From positions 1 through 64,000 of the forward strand of contig CAVZDU010000001.1 of assembly GCA_963774265.1 (NCBI GenBank): 64,000 nt of DNA, given 5' to 3'. The notes beneath the pieces were generated by a model. That model searched no databases. It worked only from the letters and a program-made list of their open reading frames with translations, and had not been told where the DNA came from. The position numbers and the translations under genes are program-made. Numbering within the stretch: the stretch's first letter is position 1; the number at the start of each line of letters is the position of its first letter. The DNA is from an uncultured Chloroflexia bacterium (lineage in GTDB: Bacteria; Chloroflexota; Anaerolineae; CG2-30-64-16). This document shows positions 48,552 to 58,156 of the stretch, in pieces.

Positions 48552-49400
48552 CTAAACGATCAACCCCCGCAGCACCCGCAGATTCTCCACGTCCTCGTGC
48601 ATATCCTCGCTCTTCTCGGTCTCCAGGATCTTCGGGACATCGACCAGGCGCGGGTCATTGAGGATGAAGCGGAACGCGTCCAACCCAAGTTGTCCCGTCC
48701 CGATGTGATCGTGGCGATCCACACGCGAGCCCAGTGGCTTCTTTGCATCGTTAAAATGGAGGCATTTCAGGCGGCCGATCCCGCAGAGCCGGTCGAACTC
48801 GTCCAGCGTCGCTTTGTATGCCTCTGCGGTGCGCAAATCGTAACCAGCCGCAAACAGGTGGCATGTGTCCAGGCAAAAGGCGAGCCGCTCCGGCGCCGAT
48901 GCGCCCGCGAGCATCCCCTGCAGGTGCTCGAACCGCCACCCCAGCGCAGTACCCTGGCCGGCAGTACCCTCGACCAGGGTCAGCGTCTTGTACCCCGGCG
49001 TCTGCGCGTGTGCACGGTTGATCCCCTCGACGATGCGCGCGATGCCGGCATCCTCGCCGGTCCCCATGTGCGCGCCGGGGTGAAACACCACGCCGAGCAG
49101 TTGGAGTTCCTCCGCGCGCGTCAATTCATCGACCAGCGCGTCAACCGATTTCTCCCATATCTCGTCATTGGGCGTGCCCAGGTTGAGCAGATACGCCGCA
49201 TGCGAAACCACCGGCGCGATGCCCGTCGCGGCCTGCTTCTCAGCCCATCGCGCAATCTCCTCGGGCGGCGTCGGCTTCTGCTGCCAGCGATTCTGGTTCT
49301 TCGTGAAGATCTGCATCGTGTTGACGCCCACCGCGACCCCGCGGTCGAAAGCCGTGCTCAATCCACCCGACGTGGACATGTGTGCGCCCAACAATGCCAT
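48552..49400 (-). CDS. nfo: Endonuclease IV
   Basis: LGAHMS, QIFTKN, HAAYLLNL, FHPG, EGTAGQG, CLDTCH, HFND, DRH and ILET. Confidence 0.95.
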   Translation of the reverse strand: MALLGAHMSTSGGLSTAFDRGVAVGVNTMQIFTKNQNRWQQKPTPPEEIARWAEKQAATGIAPVVSHAAYLLNLGTPNDEIWEKSVDALVDELTRAEELQLLGVVFHPGAHMGTGEDAGIARIVEGINRAHAQTPGYKTLTLVEGTAGQGTALGWRFEHLQGMLAGASAPERLAFCLDTCHLFAAGYDLRTAEAYKATLDEFDRLCGIGRLKCLHFNDAKKPLGSRVDRHDHIGTGQLGLDAFRFILNDPRLVDVPKILETEKSEDMHEDVENLRVLRGLIV

Positions 49401-49419
49401 ATCACCCTCCCCCTGGGGG

Positions 49420-49980
49420 TTAATCGTCCCCTGCGGCCAGCGTGAAGTGCTCCACGCCCGCGTGCTTATCCTCAAATCGTCCCATCGCAAACAGAAGCGA
49501 AGACAGACGGTTCAAGTATTTCAACGAGGTGTCGTCGCGCAGCTCACCCTCGTGACTCAGCCGCGCAACCAGCCGCTCAGCGCGGCGCACCACCGTCCTG
49601 GCAATCTCCAGGCACGCGCCAGGCCGGCTGTCGCCCGGCACGATGAACGCCTTGGGCATCTCCACCTGGCTGCCGAACTCATCGGTAGCCCTCTCCAGCC
49701 ATCCCAATCGTCCCTCGGCCAGCCACGGAGTGCGGGTCGCGGTCTCGGGTAAGGTTGCCAGGTCGGCCATCATCCTGTAGAGGTCGCGCTGCACGATCAG
49801 CAGCGTCCGGCGCACCTCGTCAGTTTGCGCCTGTGCGCGCGCCACGCCCAGGAAGGCGGAGGCCTCATCAACTGTACCGTATGCCTCGGGGCGCAGCGCG
49901 TATTCGGGGACGCGTTCGCGGCCCAGCACGCCGGTGAACCCGTCGTCGCCCGTGCCGGTGTACCACGGAAAAGAATCCAT
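49420..49980 (-). CDS. PduO-type cob(I)alamin adenosyltransferase
   Basis: YTGTGDDG.T, AYGTVDE, FIVPG, ARTVVRRAER and YLNRLSSLLF. Confidence 0.92.
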   Translation of the reverse strand: MDSFPWYTGTGDDGFTGVLGRERVPEYALRPEAYGTVDEASAFLGVARAQAQTDEVRRTLLIVQRDLYRMMADLATLPETATRTPWLAEGRLGWLERATDEFGSQVEMPKAFIVPGDSRPGACLEIARTVVRRAERLVARLSHEGELRDDTSLKYLNRLSSLLFAMGRFEDKHAGVEHFTLAAGDD

Positions 49981-50412
49981 CTACTTCACTCCAACGCCGT
50001 ACACGTAAACCAGCTTGCCACCCAGCCAACCTTCCAACAGGACGAGGAGGACAATCACGAGCAGCAAAGCCAGGTAGCCCCAGCGTGCCGAAGTAGTCCA
50101 CAGCTTCTTGTAGCGCAGCGGCCAGTACAATGCGAGTCCCGAGGCGATCAGCAGGGCGACGCCCGCCGTAATGTGCTGATTGATGACCGCGATCACCGCG
50201 GCCTCTTGCGGCGCGCCAGCCTGGTCGATCAGCCCGGTCGCCATTGCAGCCATAATCCCCAGCCAGCCCAGTAGCAGGCTCCACTGGCCATAGCCGGTGA
50301 AACGCTCTTGATGCCGGAGCAGCCCTAAGACAAGGAATAGCACACCCACGAGCGACAACGCGATGGGGAAGTGGACGAAACGCGGATGGAGGGGAGTGAT
50401 CGCTTCGAGCAT
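49981..50412 (-). CDS. DUF2231-like membrane protein
   Basis: PLHPRFVHFPIAL, four TM segments and GWLGGKLVY. Confidence 0.8.
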   Translation of the reverse strand: MLEAITPLHPRFVHFPIALSLVGVLFLVLGLLRHQERFTGYGQWSLLLGWLGIMAAMATGLIDQAGAPQEAAVIAVINQHITAGVALLIASGLALYWPLRYKKLWTTSARWGYLALLLVIVLLVLLEGWLGGKLVYVYGVGVK

Positions 50413-50421
50413 GGTCTCCGC

Positions 50422-51186
50422 TCAGTCGAGGCCGCCGTAAGATGCGGTCATCAGGCGCTCGGCAAAATGCTTTCCCCGCGGCATGCCACCGGTGCGCATC
50501 TCATGCGCGACGATCGCGTGGCGATACATTACCCGCCGGTGCTCGGCGCGCCACGCTCCGTCCTGGGCCGCGTTACCCTCCCATGTCAAAATCGCATATG
50601 CTGCGCGGTGATCGCCGTCCATCGGCAGCCCGACGCTGGCCACGTTGACCAAGAGACGGTCACGCCAGGAGCGCATGAACGGGGTGTGTATGTGGCCGAA
50701 GGCCAAGCCCTGCCATGACGGGGCCTGACCCGCATCCATCAGCAGCTCATCCAGGTCGGCGTTCGAGGCGCGAGGCATGATGGCCCGCTCCATGTCGCGC
50801 GGATTTGCGTGGACGATCAGCAAGTCATGGCCCGGCCTGGAAGAAGGCGCAATGCGATGGCTGAACGGCAGGCCGCGGAAATAAGCAACGCGTTCCTCAC
50901 CGAGCCGATCGCACATCCACATAAGCTGAGAGGCGAACCGGCTCGGCTCCTTGCCCTCGGGCACATCATCCGGCGTCACGCTGAAGAAGGCGTCGGTGTT
51001 GCCTTGAATCACAGCCGCGCCAAGCGAGGTCACCCTATCCACAACCTCGCGCGGTCGAGGGCCGGCCCACACCAGGTCACCCGCGACGACGATCTGATCG
51101 AACGGCGCCAGGCCGGCCAAATCGGCGAGGACCGCTTCAAGCGCCACAATGTTGCCGTGAATGTCCGAAAGAATGGCGATCCGCAT
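50422..51186 (-). CDS. Metallophosphoesterase
   Basis: SDIHGN, GDLV, GNTD and FGHIH. Confidence 0.9.
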   Translation of the reverse strand: MRIAILSDIHGNIVALEAVLADLAGLAPFDQIVVAGDLVWAGPRPREVVDRVTSLGAAVIQGNTDAFFSVTPDDVPEGKEPSRFASQLMWMCDRLGEERVAYFRGLPFSHRIAPSSRPGHDLLIVHANPRDMERAIMPRASNADLDELLMDAGQAPSWQGLAFGHIHTPFMRSWRDRLLVNVASVGLPMDGDHRAAYAILTWEGNAAQDGAWRAEHRRVMYRHAIVAHEMRTGGMPRGKHFAERLMTASYGGLD

Positions 51187-51196
51187 CGCGATGTCT

Positions 51197-52042
51197 TCAG
51201 GAACGAACGATGGCTGCGCCGAGCGCATTCGGCCCGGCGTGCGCAGCGAAGGCCGGCCCGACCTCCGCGAGGATCACTTCGGTCCGGTTGACGCCCGCGA
51301 GGCCCGCGATACGATCTGCCAGCTCAGTAGCAGCCACACAGCCACGCGTGTAGACTGCCGCTAGCTCTTGCACGGGCAGCCGCTCGCACACCTCATCCTC
51401 CAATCGCTGAAGAGCGCTGCGGGTCGAGCGAGCGATGGACACCAGGCGGAACTCGCCGTTACACATCTCGAGGACTGGCTTGACCTTCAGCGTGCGTGCC
51501 ACCTTGTCGACAAGCGGGATGATCCGGTCAAGCCGGCCCCCCCGACGCACCCATTCCAGCGTATCCAGCACGAAAAAGATTGAGGTGCGCTCGCGCAGGC
51601 TCTCAATCGTGCGCTGGATCAGTTCCGCGCTCCTCCCGGCCACCGCTTCCTTGGCCGCTACCAACACCTGCAGGCCCATGCCCAGGGAAAACGAGCCGGA
51701 GTCAACCACGCGCACCTTTTCGCCGAAGTCCTGTGCGGCCAGCCAGGCAGCGTTGTAGGTGCCGCTGTGCTTGCCGGGCAGCGTCAGACAAACCACCTCG
51801 TGACCCGCGTCCACCAACTTCTGGAACGCCCTGTAAAATGTTCCGGGTGGGGGCGAAGACGTGCCGGGTCCTTCAGGCATACGTTCGACACGCTGCCAAA
51901 AATCATCGTTGGTCAGTGCGTCGCTCGAAACCATCTCCTGTCCGAACCGTACATAAACGGGCACGATCGTGATGTCGTACTGATCAACCAGGGCAGGCGG
52001 CAGATCGCATCCGCTGTCAGCGACGATGCGCACATTGGGCAT
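51197..52042 (-). CDS. DegV-family fatty-acid-binding protein
   Basis: IVADSGCDLP, TSSPPPG, SGTYNAA, VVDS, RGGR and HAGP. Confidence 0.92.
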   Translation of the reverse strand: MPNVRIVADSGCDLPPALVDQYDITIVPVYVRFGQEMVSSDALTNDDFWQRVERMPEGPGTSSPPPGTFYRAFQKLVDAGHEVVCLTLPGKHSGTYNAAWLAAQDFGEKVRVVDSGSFSLGMGLQVLVAAKEAVAGRSAELIQRTIESLRERTSIFFVLDTLEWVRRGGRLDRIIPLVDKVARTLKVKPVLEMCNGEFRLVSIARSTRSALQRLEDEVCERLPVQELAAVYTRGCVAATELADRIAGLAGVNRTEVILAEVGPAFAAHAGPNALGAAIVRS

Positions 52043-52081
52043 AGCATCCTCCATTTGAGGTCCGCCGCGAACTATGCCCCA

Positions 52082-52109
52082 ATTATAGCACTGCGCGCAG
52101 TAAGCGCAA
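52082..52109 (-). promoter_or_regulatory. degV promoter
   Basis: TTGCGC-N16-TATAAT with an extended -10 TG. Confidence 0.55.
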
Positions 52110-52124
52110 TGACCGAACGCAAGC

Positions 52125-53566
52125 GGTAGTGTATCCCGATCGGTTGAAATTCGTCTGAGGGTGGAAACCTGGTAAGGTCAGGTTACAACACCAATACCAC
52201 GCCAGGAGACCACCCCGATGCGCAGCGTACTCCCGGAATGCCGGCATGTCAACGGGCATGCTTTGATCGAAGGAGCCATTGCGGAGGCTCATCACCACCT
52301 GCTCAACCAAATCGGGCACGGGATCGGCGAGCGTTTGTACGCCGCGGCCGAATACGTCTTGGGCCGGGCGCCCTACGTGCGGCGGGGCCACGTGGCCAAC
52401 AGTCTGGAACAGACCCGTGCGTGCCCCAAGTGCCACACCGTGCAGAGCCAGCGGTTCAGTCGCAACGGCAGCCGGCCGCGCCATTTGCTGACCCGCTGGG
52501 GCGAAGTGCCGCTGCGCTGGCCCCGCTTCGTCTGTGAGTGCGGCGGCAGCATCACCCTCGATCTGGATGATTGGCTGGCGCCCTACCAGCGCATTGGCAG
52601 CGATGTCGACGCTCAAATTCAACGCTGGGGCGCCCTGAGTATCAGCCTGCGCGAGATGCAGGGCGAACTGACGCATAGCTATATGGGCGTGTTGGGCCAA
52701 CGCACCCTGCTCCAGCGCTTACACCAACTCCAGCAGCTCACCCCGGGCGCCGATGAGCGGCCCACGCCGCCGATCGTGCAGTTCGACGCCATCTGGTTCA
52801 CGCAACTGTGTGCGACCGGGCAGTGGCGCACCGACCGTAAGGGTCGCAAGCGCGCCGTCAAGGGCCGCCGGAAGCGCTGCCTCCTGATTGCGTTAGGCGT
52901 CTGGCCGGAAACCGGCCGCCAGGAGAGTCCTGGCCTGGCGGCCGGCCGACAGCGAAGATGCCGAAAGCTGGCTCGCCTTTCTCAGTGAACTGGAAGCCCA
53001 AGGCTTGCGCGGCGAACTGGGCCTGGAATTGATCATTCATGATGGCGGCAGTGGTCTATGCGCCGCACTCACCACCATCCACTTTGACGCCATCGAGCAA
53101 CGCTGCCTCTTCCATAAGCTCCGCAACATCTGGCAAGCCATTCGCATCGCCGACGATTTGCCCGCAGCTGAACGGCGCCGCCAGCGCCGGGCGATCTACC
53201 GCGATTTCGTCGCCATCTTTCAGGCCAAACAGCGTGCCACCGTCTTGCGCCGCGCCCTCAAGGTGCTGCAGAAATATCGCAACACCCAACCCGATGCTGT
53301 GGCCACGCTCCGGCGCAACTTCCGCGCCACCGTGGCTTACTTCCTCCTGCAAGAACGCCATCCCACCTGGCGCCGCAGCTTTCTCCGCACAACCAGCCGG
53401 CTCGAACGCTTCAATCGCTGCCTGCGCCGCCGCATTCGGAGCGCCAACGCCTACCATTCCGATGCTGGCGTCTTGGCCATGATCGCACAGGAGGTGGATC
53501 GCAAGTTCATCCTACCTGCCATGCGCAAGTTCAACACACACTTCCAACCGAAAGCGATACACTAAC
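52125..53566 (+). mobile_element. IS256-family insertion sequence, 1442 bp
   Basis: Imperfect terminal IRs GGTAGTGTATCCCGATCGGTTG and (reverse complement) GTTAGTGTATCGCTTTCGGTTG; 8-bp target duplication ACGCAAGC at 52117-52124 and 53567-53574. Confidence 0.92.
52218..53565 (+). CDS. IS256/Mutator-type DDE transposase; frameshift ~52925
   Basis: VQFDAIW, IIHDGG.GL, QRCLFHKLRN and RTTSRLERFNRCLRRR. Confidence 0.88.
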
Positions 53567-53680
53567 ACGCAAGCCGACTCGCATCGAATACTAAGATCGC
53601 AACTATCCGCCGCTTGTTTGCGACTCTTGCCTTATGTTACAATCCCTTTAAATTGGCAGTGGAGCAGGCGGAGGCGCACC

Positions 53681-54043
53681 ATGAGGCCCAAAATCGAAGA
53701 CGCGTGGTTCGGGAGCATCACCGTTGATGGCGCCCGCTACGAGTACGACATCATCATCCGGCTGAGCGGCAAAGTGCGGCGGCGAAACAAGCAGCTTTCC
53801 AAGGCGATCTACGGCACGTCGCACACCCTCAGTCTGGCGGAGATTGTTGAGTTGCACCGCAAGCGCGCCGAGTGCATCATTATCGGCACAGGGTTCGAGG
53901 GACAGGTGCACCTTTCGCCCGAAGCCGCTGCCTACCTCGAAAAGAAGAACTGCCCCGCCGAGCTCTATCCAACACCCGAAGCCATCGAAAAGTGGAACAA
54001 AGCCGAAGGCCTCGTTATCGGTCTTTTCCACATAACCTGCTGA
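53681..54043 (+). CDS. Mth938-like (DUF498) protein
   Basis: FGSITVDG, YGTSH, IIGTG and GLFHITC. Confidence 0.85.
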   Translation: MRPKIEDAWFGSITVDGARYEYDIIIRLSGKVRRRNKQLSKAIYGTSHTLSLAEIVELHRKRAECIIIGTGFEGQVHLSPEAAAYLEKKNCPAELYPTPEAIEKWNKAEGLVIGLFHITC

Positions 54044-54056
54044 TTTGGGGGCGCCG

Positions 54057-54971
54057 ATGGCCGCTGCAATCATCGTTCATGGTGGGGCTTGGGATATCCC
54101 CCCGGACTTGCACGCGGACCATCTTTCGGGCTGCCGCGCCGCTGCAGAGGCGGGCTGGGACCTGCTCGAGCGCGGGGCAACGGCCGCGGATGCGGTCGAA
54201 GCGGCTGTGCGCATCCTCGAGGATCACCCCGTGTTCGATGCGGGCCGCGGTTCACACCTGAACGCAGACGGCATAGTCGAGCTGGACGCGGGCATGATGG
54301 ATGGCAAGTCGCTCATGGCGGGCGCGGTGGCTTCAGTCAAACGTATGGCAAATCCTATCAGCCTTGCGCGCCGTGTGCTGCACGACAGCCCCCACGTGTT
54401 TCTCGTGGGCGAGGGCGCCGAGCGTTTCGCGCAAGCGGCCGGGCTGCCCCTCTGCGACCCTGAATCGCTCATTGTACCCCGCGAGCGCGCGCTGTGGGAG
54501 CGCAGGCGCGCCGAAGTTGAGCCACATACGCCAGCCTCGGAATTCCAAAGTAAACCGGCCGACACGGTCGGCGCTGTGGCGCTGGACACTGCGGGCAACC
54601 TCGCCGTGGGCAATTCGACCGGAGGAACCTTCTACAAGCATCCCGGTCGCGTGGGCGATACGCCCATCATCGGCTGTGGCCTGTACGCCGACAACACCCT
54701 CGGCGCAGCCGCGTGCACCGGCTGGGGCGAGCAGATCATGAAGACCGTGCTGGCTAAGACCACCGTGGACCATATCGCCCTTCTCGGCAGCGCGCGCGAT
54801 GCCGCGCACGTCGCCATTGCCTACTTCAGGCACCGCGTCGGTGGCCTGGGCGGCGTCATCTGCATCTCCCCCGATGGCCAAATCGGTTTCGCCCACAGCA
54901 CCCCATACCTGGCCCACGCGTATCGGAGAGATGACATGACCGAGGTGGTCGCGTCACTGACGGCGGGATAG
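54057..54971 (+). CDS. Isoaspartyl peptidase/L-asparaginase (Ntn hydrolase)
   Basis: IIVHGGA, FDAGRGS, ELDAGMMDG, DTVGAVA, STGG and PGRVGDTP. Confidence 0.92.
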   Translation: MAAAIIVHGGAWDIPPDLHADHLSGCRAAAEAGWDLLERGATAADAVEAAVRILEDHPVFDAGRGSHLNADGIVELDAGMMDGKSLMAGAVASVKRMANPISLARRVLHDSPHVFLVGEGAERFAQAAGLPLCDPESLIVPRERALWERRRAEVEPHTPASEFQSKPADTVGAVALDTAGNLAVGNSTGGTFYKHPGRVGDTPIIGCGLYADNTLGAAACTGWGEQIMKTVLAKTTVDHIALLGSARDAAHVAIAYFRHRVGGLGGVICISPDGQIGFAHSTPYLAHAYRRDDMTEVVASLTAG

Positions 54972-54976
54972 TTCTC

Positions 54977-55813
54977 ATGCCACGTCGTTGGTCGGCCTTG
55001 CGGCCCATGCTCGCTACCCTTCTCACCATGGGCCTCGTAGACGCACCTCTGCGCTTGCTGGCCGAGCGAATCATTGCCGAGAAGAGCGCGAGCCTTTCCC
55101 TCAATCCCGCCCTCGGCCGCATCGCCGGGACGGTGGCCACGCGCTTCATCGAGGTGCCGGCCGTGCTCCTTGGGCTGGCCATCCTTTTCCGTTTCACCCG
55201 GTGCGGATCCTTTGCAGACCTGGGGCTGGGCCGTCGCGGGCTGAGATGGATGCCCGTTGGCTGCTTTGCGCCCATCATCGCGCTGCTACTCGCGGCCCTG
55301 GTTGCGTATGCAGCCGGCCTCCTGCCGGTCAATCGCTTGCTCTATCCCGGTCCCTGGCCTACACTGCTCGCCCTGGCCGCAGCCACCCACGCTGCGTGGA
55401 TCGAGGAGATCGGAGTCCGTGGGGTGCTCATGCAGGGCATTGAGCGTGTGTCGAACCGGACGGCTGCGATCCTTTTGAGTACTGCGGCGTTCACTGCGTT
55501 GCACCTGTTTGCGCCGTTCAAGCTCACGTGGGCGTGGTGGATCGTCGTTGCAGTTGCGGGTCTCGGTCTGGCATGGGGGTTCTATGCATCCGGGCGCAGC
55601 CTTTGGCTGACCATCGGCCTTCACTGGGGCTTTAATCTTGGCGCTTTCCTGCTGCTCGGCCTCCCCGGGGAAACGCGCGGCTGGCTCCACTGGCCGGAAA
55701 GCGGCCCCGTTCCTGCGTTGTCGCCCCAGGCCGGCTATGTGCTGTTGATCGGTGCGGCGCTTACCGCGCTCCTGTTGTTCCTGAAGCTACGAAAGTGTCA
55801 GGTGCACCCATGA
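54977..55813 (+). CDS. CPBP (CAAX/Abi) intramembrane metalloprotease
   Basis: EEIGVRG, FTALH and SLWLTIGLHWGFN; multiple TM segments. Confidence 0.85.
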   Translation: MPRRWSALRPMLATLLTMGLVDAPLRLLAERIIAEKSASLSLNPALGRIAGTVATRFIEVPAVLLGLAILFRFTRCGSFADLGLGRRGLRWMPVGCFAPIIALLLAALVAYAAGLLPVNRLLYPGPWPTLLALAAATHAAWIEEIGVRGVLMQGIERVSNRTAAILLSTAAFTALHLFAPFKLTWAWWIVVAVAGLGLAWGFYASGRSLWLTIGLHWGFNLGAFLLLGLPGETRGWLHWPESGPVPALSPQAGYVLLIGAALTALLLFLKLRKCQVHP

Positions 55814-56085
55814 CAGAGAAACGCATGCGTGTGATCGTGCGAGGCTATGTCCAGGGGGTGGGCTTCCGTGCGAGCTGTCAGCGCGCAGCCGACGCCGCGG
55901 GAGTCCGCGGCTGGGTGCGCAACCAGTGGGATGGCACGGTCGAGGCCCTGTTTGAAGGGCCGGAAGAAGGGGTCGACCATATGATCCGTTGGTGCCACCG
56001 CGGGCCGCGCATGGCCGATGTCGAGGAAGTGGAGATGCACTTCACGGACGAGCCGGCCCCTGCCCCCCCATTCCGGATGCGCTGA
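55810..56085 (+). CDS. acyP: Acylphosphatase
   Basis: GYVQGVGFR, GWVRN..DGTVEA and GP..A.V. Confidence 0.93.
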   Translation: MTEKRMRVIVRGYVQGVGFRASCQRAADAAGVRGWVRNQWDGTVEALFEGPEEGVDHMIRWCHRGPRMADVEEVEMHFTDEPAPAPPFRMR

Positions 56086-56125
56086 TGGCAGACCCCGTTT
56101 TCTGAGCTCGCTGCAATCTCCCTGG

Positions 56126-56473
56126 CTACTCAGCCGCCAGCACCTCATCCATCCGGGCGTATGCGCGACGCAGGTGGGGGATGACGATCGAACCACCGAC
56201 GATGAGCGCGACCGCAAACGTTTCCTCGAACTCAGCAATCGTCACACCCGCCTTGACACACTGAATCACATGGTACGTGATACAATCGTCGCAGCGCAAC
56301 ACCAGGGATGCGACAAGGCCGAGCAGTTCCTTTGTCTTTGCCGGCAGCGCGCCGTCTTCATACGCCTCACCGTCGAGGCGAAAAAACCGCTTGATGACGC
56401 GGTCATCGCCCGACAGGATGCGCTCATTGGCTTGCAAGCGTTCGGCCTGAAATTCGGCCAGCGTCTTGGTCAT
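56126..56473 (-). CDS. Carboxymuconolactone decarboxylase/AhpD-like protein
   Basis: GALPAKTKELLGL, LRCDDCITYH and VGGSIVIPHLRRA. Confidence 0.88.
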   Translation of the reverse strand: MTKTLAEFQAERLQANERILSGDDRVIKRFFRLDGEAYEDGALPAKTKELLGLVASLVLRCDDCITYHVIQCVKAGVTIAEFEETFAVALIVGGSIVIPHLRRAYARMDEVLAAE

Positions 56474-56508
56474 GGGCGTCTCCTCAAAATAGTGAGCACA
56501 AGTATATC

Positions 56509-57582
56509 ATGAGTCTTATTCTGGCTATCGAAACCTCCTGCGACGAGACTGCTGCGGCCGTCATTGAAGATGGGCACATCATCCAGTCCAACGTTGTTGC
56601 GTCGCAGATCGACATCCATCGCGCATATGGCGGCGTCTTCCCCGAGATCGCCTCCCGCCAACATGTATTCGATATCGTGCCCGTCATCCAGGCTGCCATT
56701 CATGAGGCCCAACGCTCGTGGGAGGACCTCGACGCGCTGGCCGTCACGCGCGGCCCGGGTCTCGCCGGCTCGCTGCTGGTCGGCGTCAACACCGCCAAGG
56801 CCATCGCCTGGGCGCGCGGCCTGCCGATCGTTGCGGTCAACCACCTCGAGGGACATCTCTACTCCAACTGGCTCGATAAGGGCGGCAAGATCGTTCCGTC
56901 AGCCATCACCCGCCCCAGCCCTGTGGAGCTGGACGCGGCGGGCGAAGCCTTTCCCTTGCTCGTCCTCATCGTTTCTGGCGGCCACACTGAGCTGATCGTC
57001 ATGACCGGACACGGGGAGTACCGGCGACTCGGCGCGACGCTCGACGACGCGGCCGGCGAGGCGTTCGACAAAGTTGCGCGGCTTATCGGGCTCGGCTACC
57101 CCGGCGGACCGGCTATCCAGGCCGCGGCCGAAGGCGGGAATCCCCGCGCGTTCGACTTTCCACGCGGGCTGACCAATTACGCGATCCAACCCGAGCACCG
57201 CTACAATTTCAGCTTCAGTGGACTCAAGACCGCGGTGCTGCGCCAGGTGCGCGAGCTGGGTGAGGGGCCTTTGCCCGTCCCCGATCTCGCGGCCAGCTTC
57301 CAGGCGGCCGTAGTCGATGTGCTCATCAACAAGACAGCGTACGCGGCTCAGTCGTTAGGTGTGAAGCGTGTTTGCGTGTGCGGTGGCGTGGCCGCGAACA
57401 AGGCCTTGCGCGACGCGGTGGCCGTGCGTCTGCCCGTGCCGGCGTCGATTCCGCCGCTCTTCCTCTGCACTGACAACGCGGCGATGATCGGTGCAGCCGC
57501 ACACTACCGTTTCCTGACCGAGGGATCCTCCGAGCTCGACTTTGACGTGGAGCCGGATCTGGCCCTCGAGGTGCGTGGCTAA
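56509..57582 (+). CDS. tsaD: tRNA threonylcarbamoyltransferase TsaD
   Basis: IETSCDET, NHLEGH, VSGGHT, DDAAGEAFDK, FSFSGLKT and CTDNAAMI. Confidence 0.96.
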   Translation: MSLILAIETSCDETAAAVIEDGHIIQSNVVASQIDIHRAYGGVFPEIASRQHVFDIVPVIQAAIHEAQRSWEDLDALAVTRGPGLAGSLLVGVNTAKAIAWARGLPIVAVNHLEGHLYSNWLDKGGKIVPSAITRPSPVELDAAGEAFPLLVLIVSGGHTELIVMTGHGEYRRLGATLDDAAGEAFDKVARLIGLGYPGGPAIQAAAEGGNPRAFDFPRGLTNYAIQPEHRYNFSFSGLKTAVLRQVRELGEGPLPVPDLAASFQAAVVDVLINKTAYAAQSLGVKRVCVCGGVAANKALRDAVAVRLPVPASIPPLFLCTDNAAMIGAAAHYRFLTEGSSELDFDVEPDLALEVRG

Positions 57583-57611
57583 CTCGAGAGCGCTGATGCA
57601 GGGGTGAAGGG

Positions 57612-58151
57612 ATGCCACACGCGTTGGATACGGAACGCCTGATCCTCCGGCCGTACACAGAAGAAGACATCGAACCTGCGGTCCGTCTTTTCGAGAACGA
57701 CCTGGCGGTCTACCGCTACGACCCGGGGTTCGCGCGCACGGTCGAACAGCGCGCCGCCATCATTCGCCGCTTGATTGCGGATAACCAGGAAGACGGCGAG
57801 GGCACGCTCGCCGTCACCTTAAAGGACACAGGTAAGCTCATCGGCCAGGTCGGGCTGCAGTTGTTCGTCCTCCCCTGGTCACCTTTCGCGACGCCCGAGA
57901 TCGAGCTCTACTACAAATTCGGCCAGGCCTACTGGTCCCAAGGATACGCCCAGGAAGCGTGCTGCGCGCTGATCCACTTCGCGTTTGAAGACATCCACCT
58001 GCTCCGCCTGGTCACGATCACGCACCCCGAAAACCGGCGGTCGGTCAAACTACTGGAGCGTCTCGGCTTTTACATTGGCCCCGCCCCTCCTGCATGGAAT
58101 CCTCACGTTCTCGGGATTCTGACCAACCCTGCCGTTGGCCGCTCAGCATAA
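57612..58151 (+). CDS. RimJ/RimL-type GNAT acetyltransferase
   Basis: TERLILRP, YWSQGYA.E and ENRRS..LLERLGF. Confidence 0.87.
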   Translation: MPHALDTERLILRPYTEEDIEPAVRLFENDLAVYRYDPGFARTVEQRAAIIRRLIADNQEDGEGTLAVTLKDTGKLIGQVGLQLFVLPWSPFATPEIELYYKFGQAYWSQGYAQEACCALIHFAFEDIHLLRLVTITHPENRRSVKLLERLGFYIGPAPPAWNPHVLGILTNPAVGRSA

Positions 58152-58156
58152 GCTTC

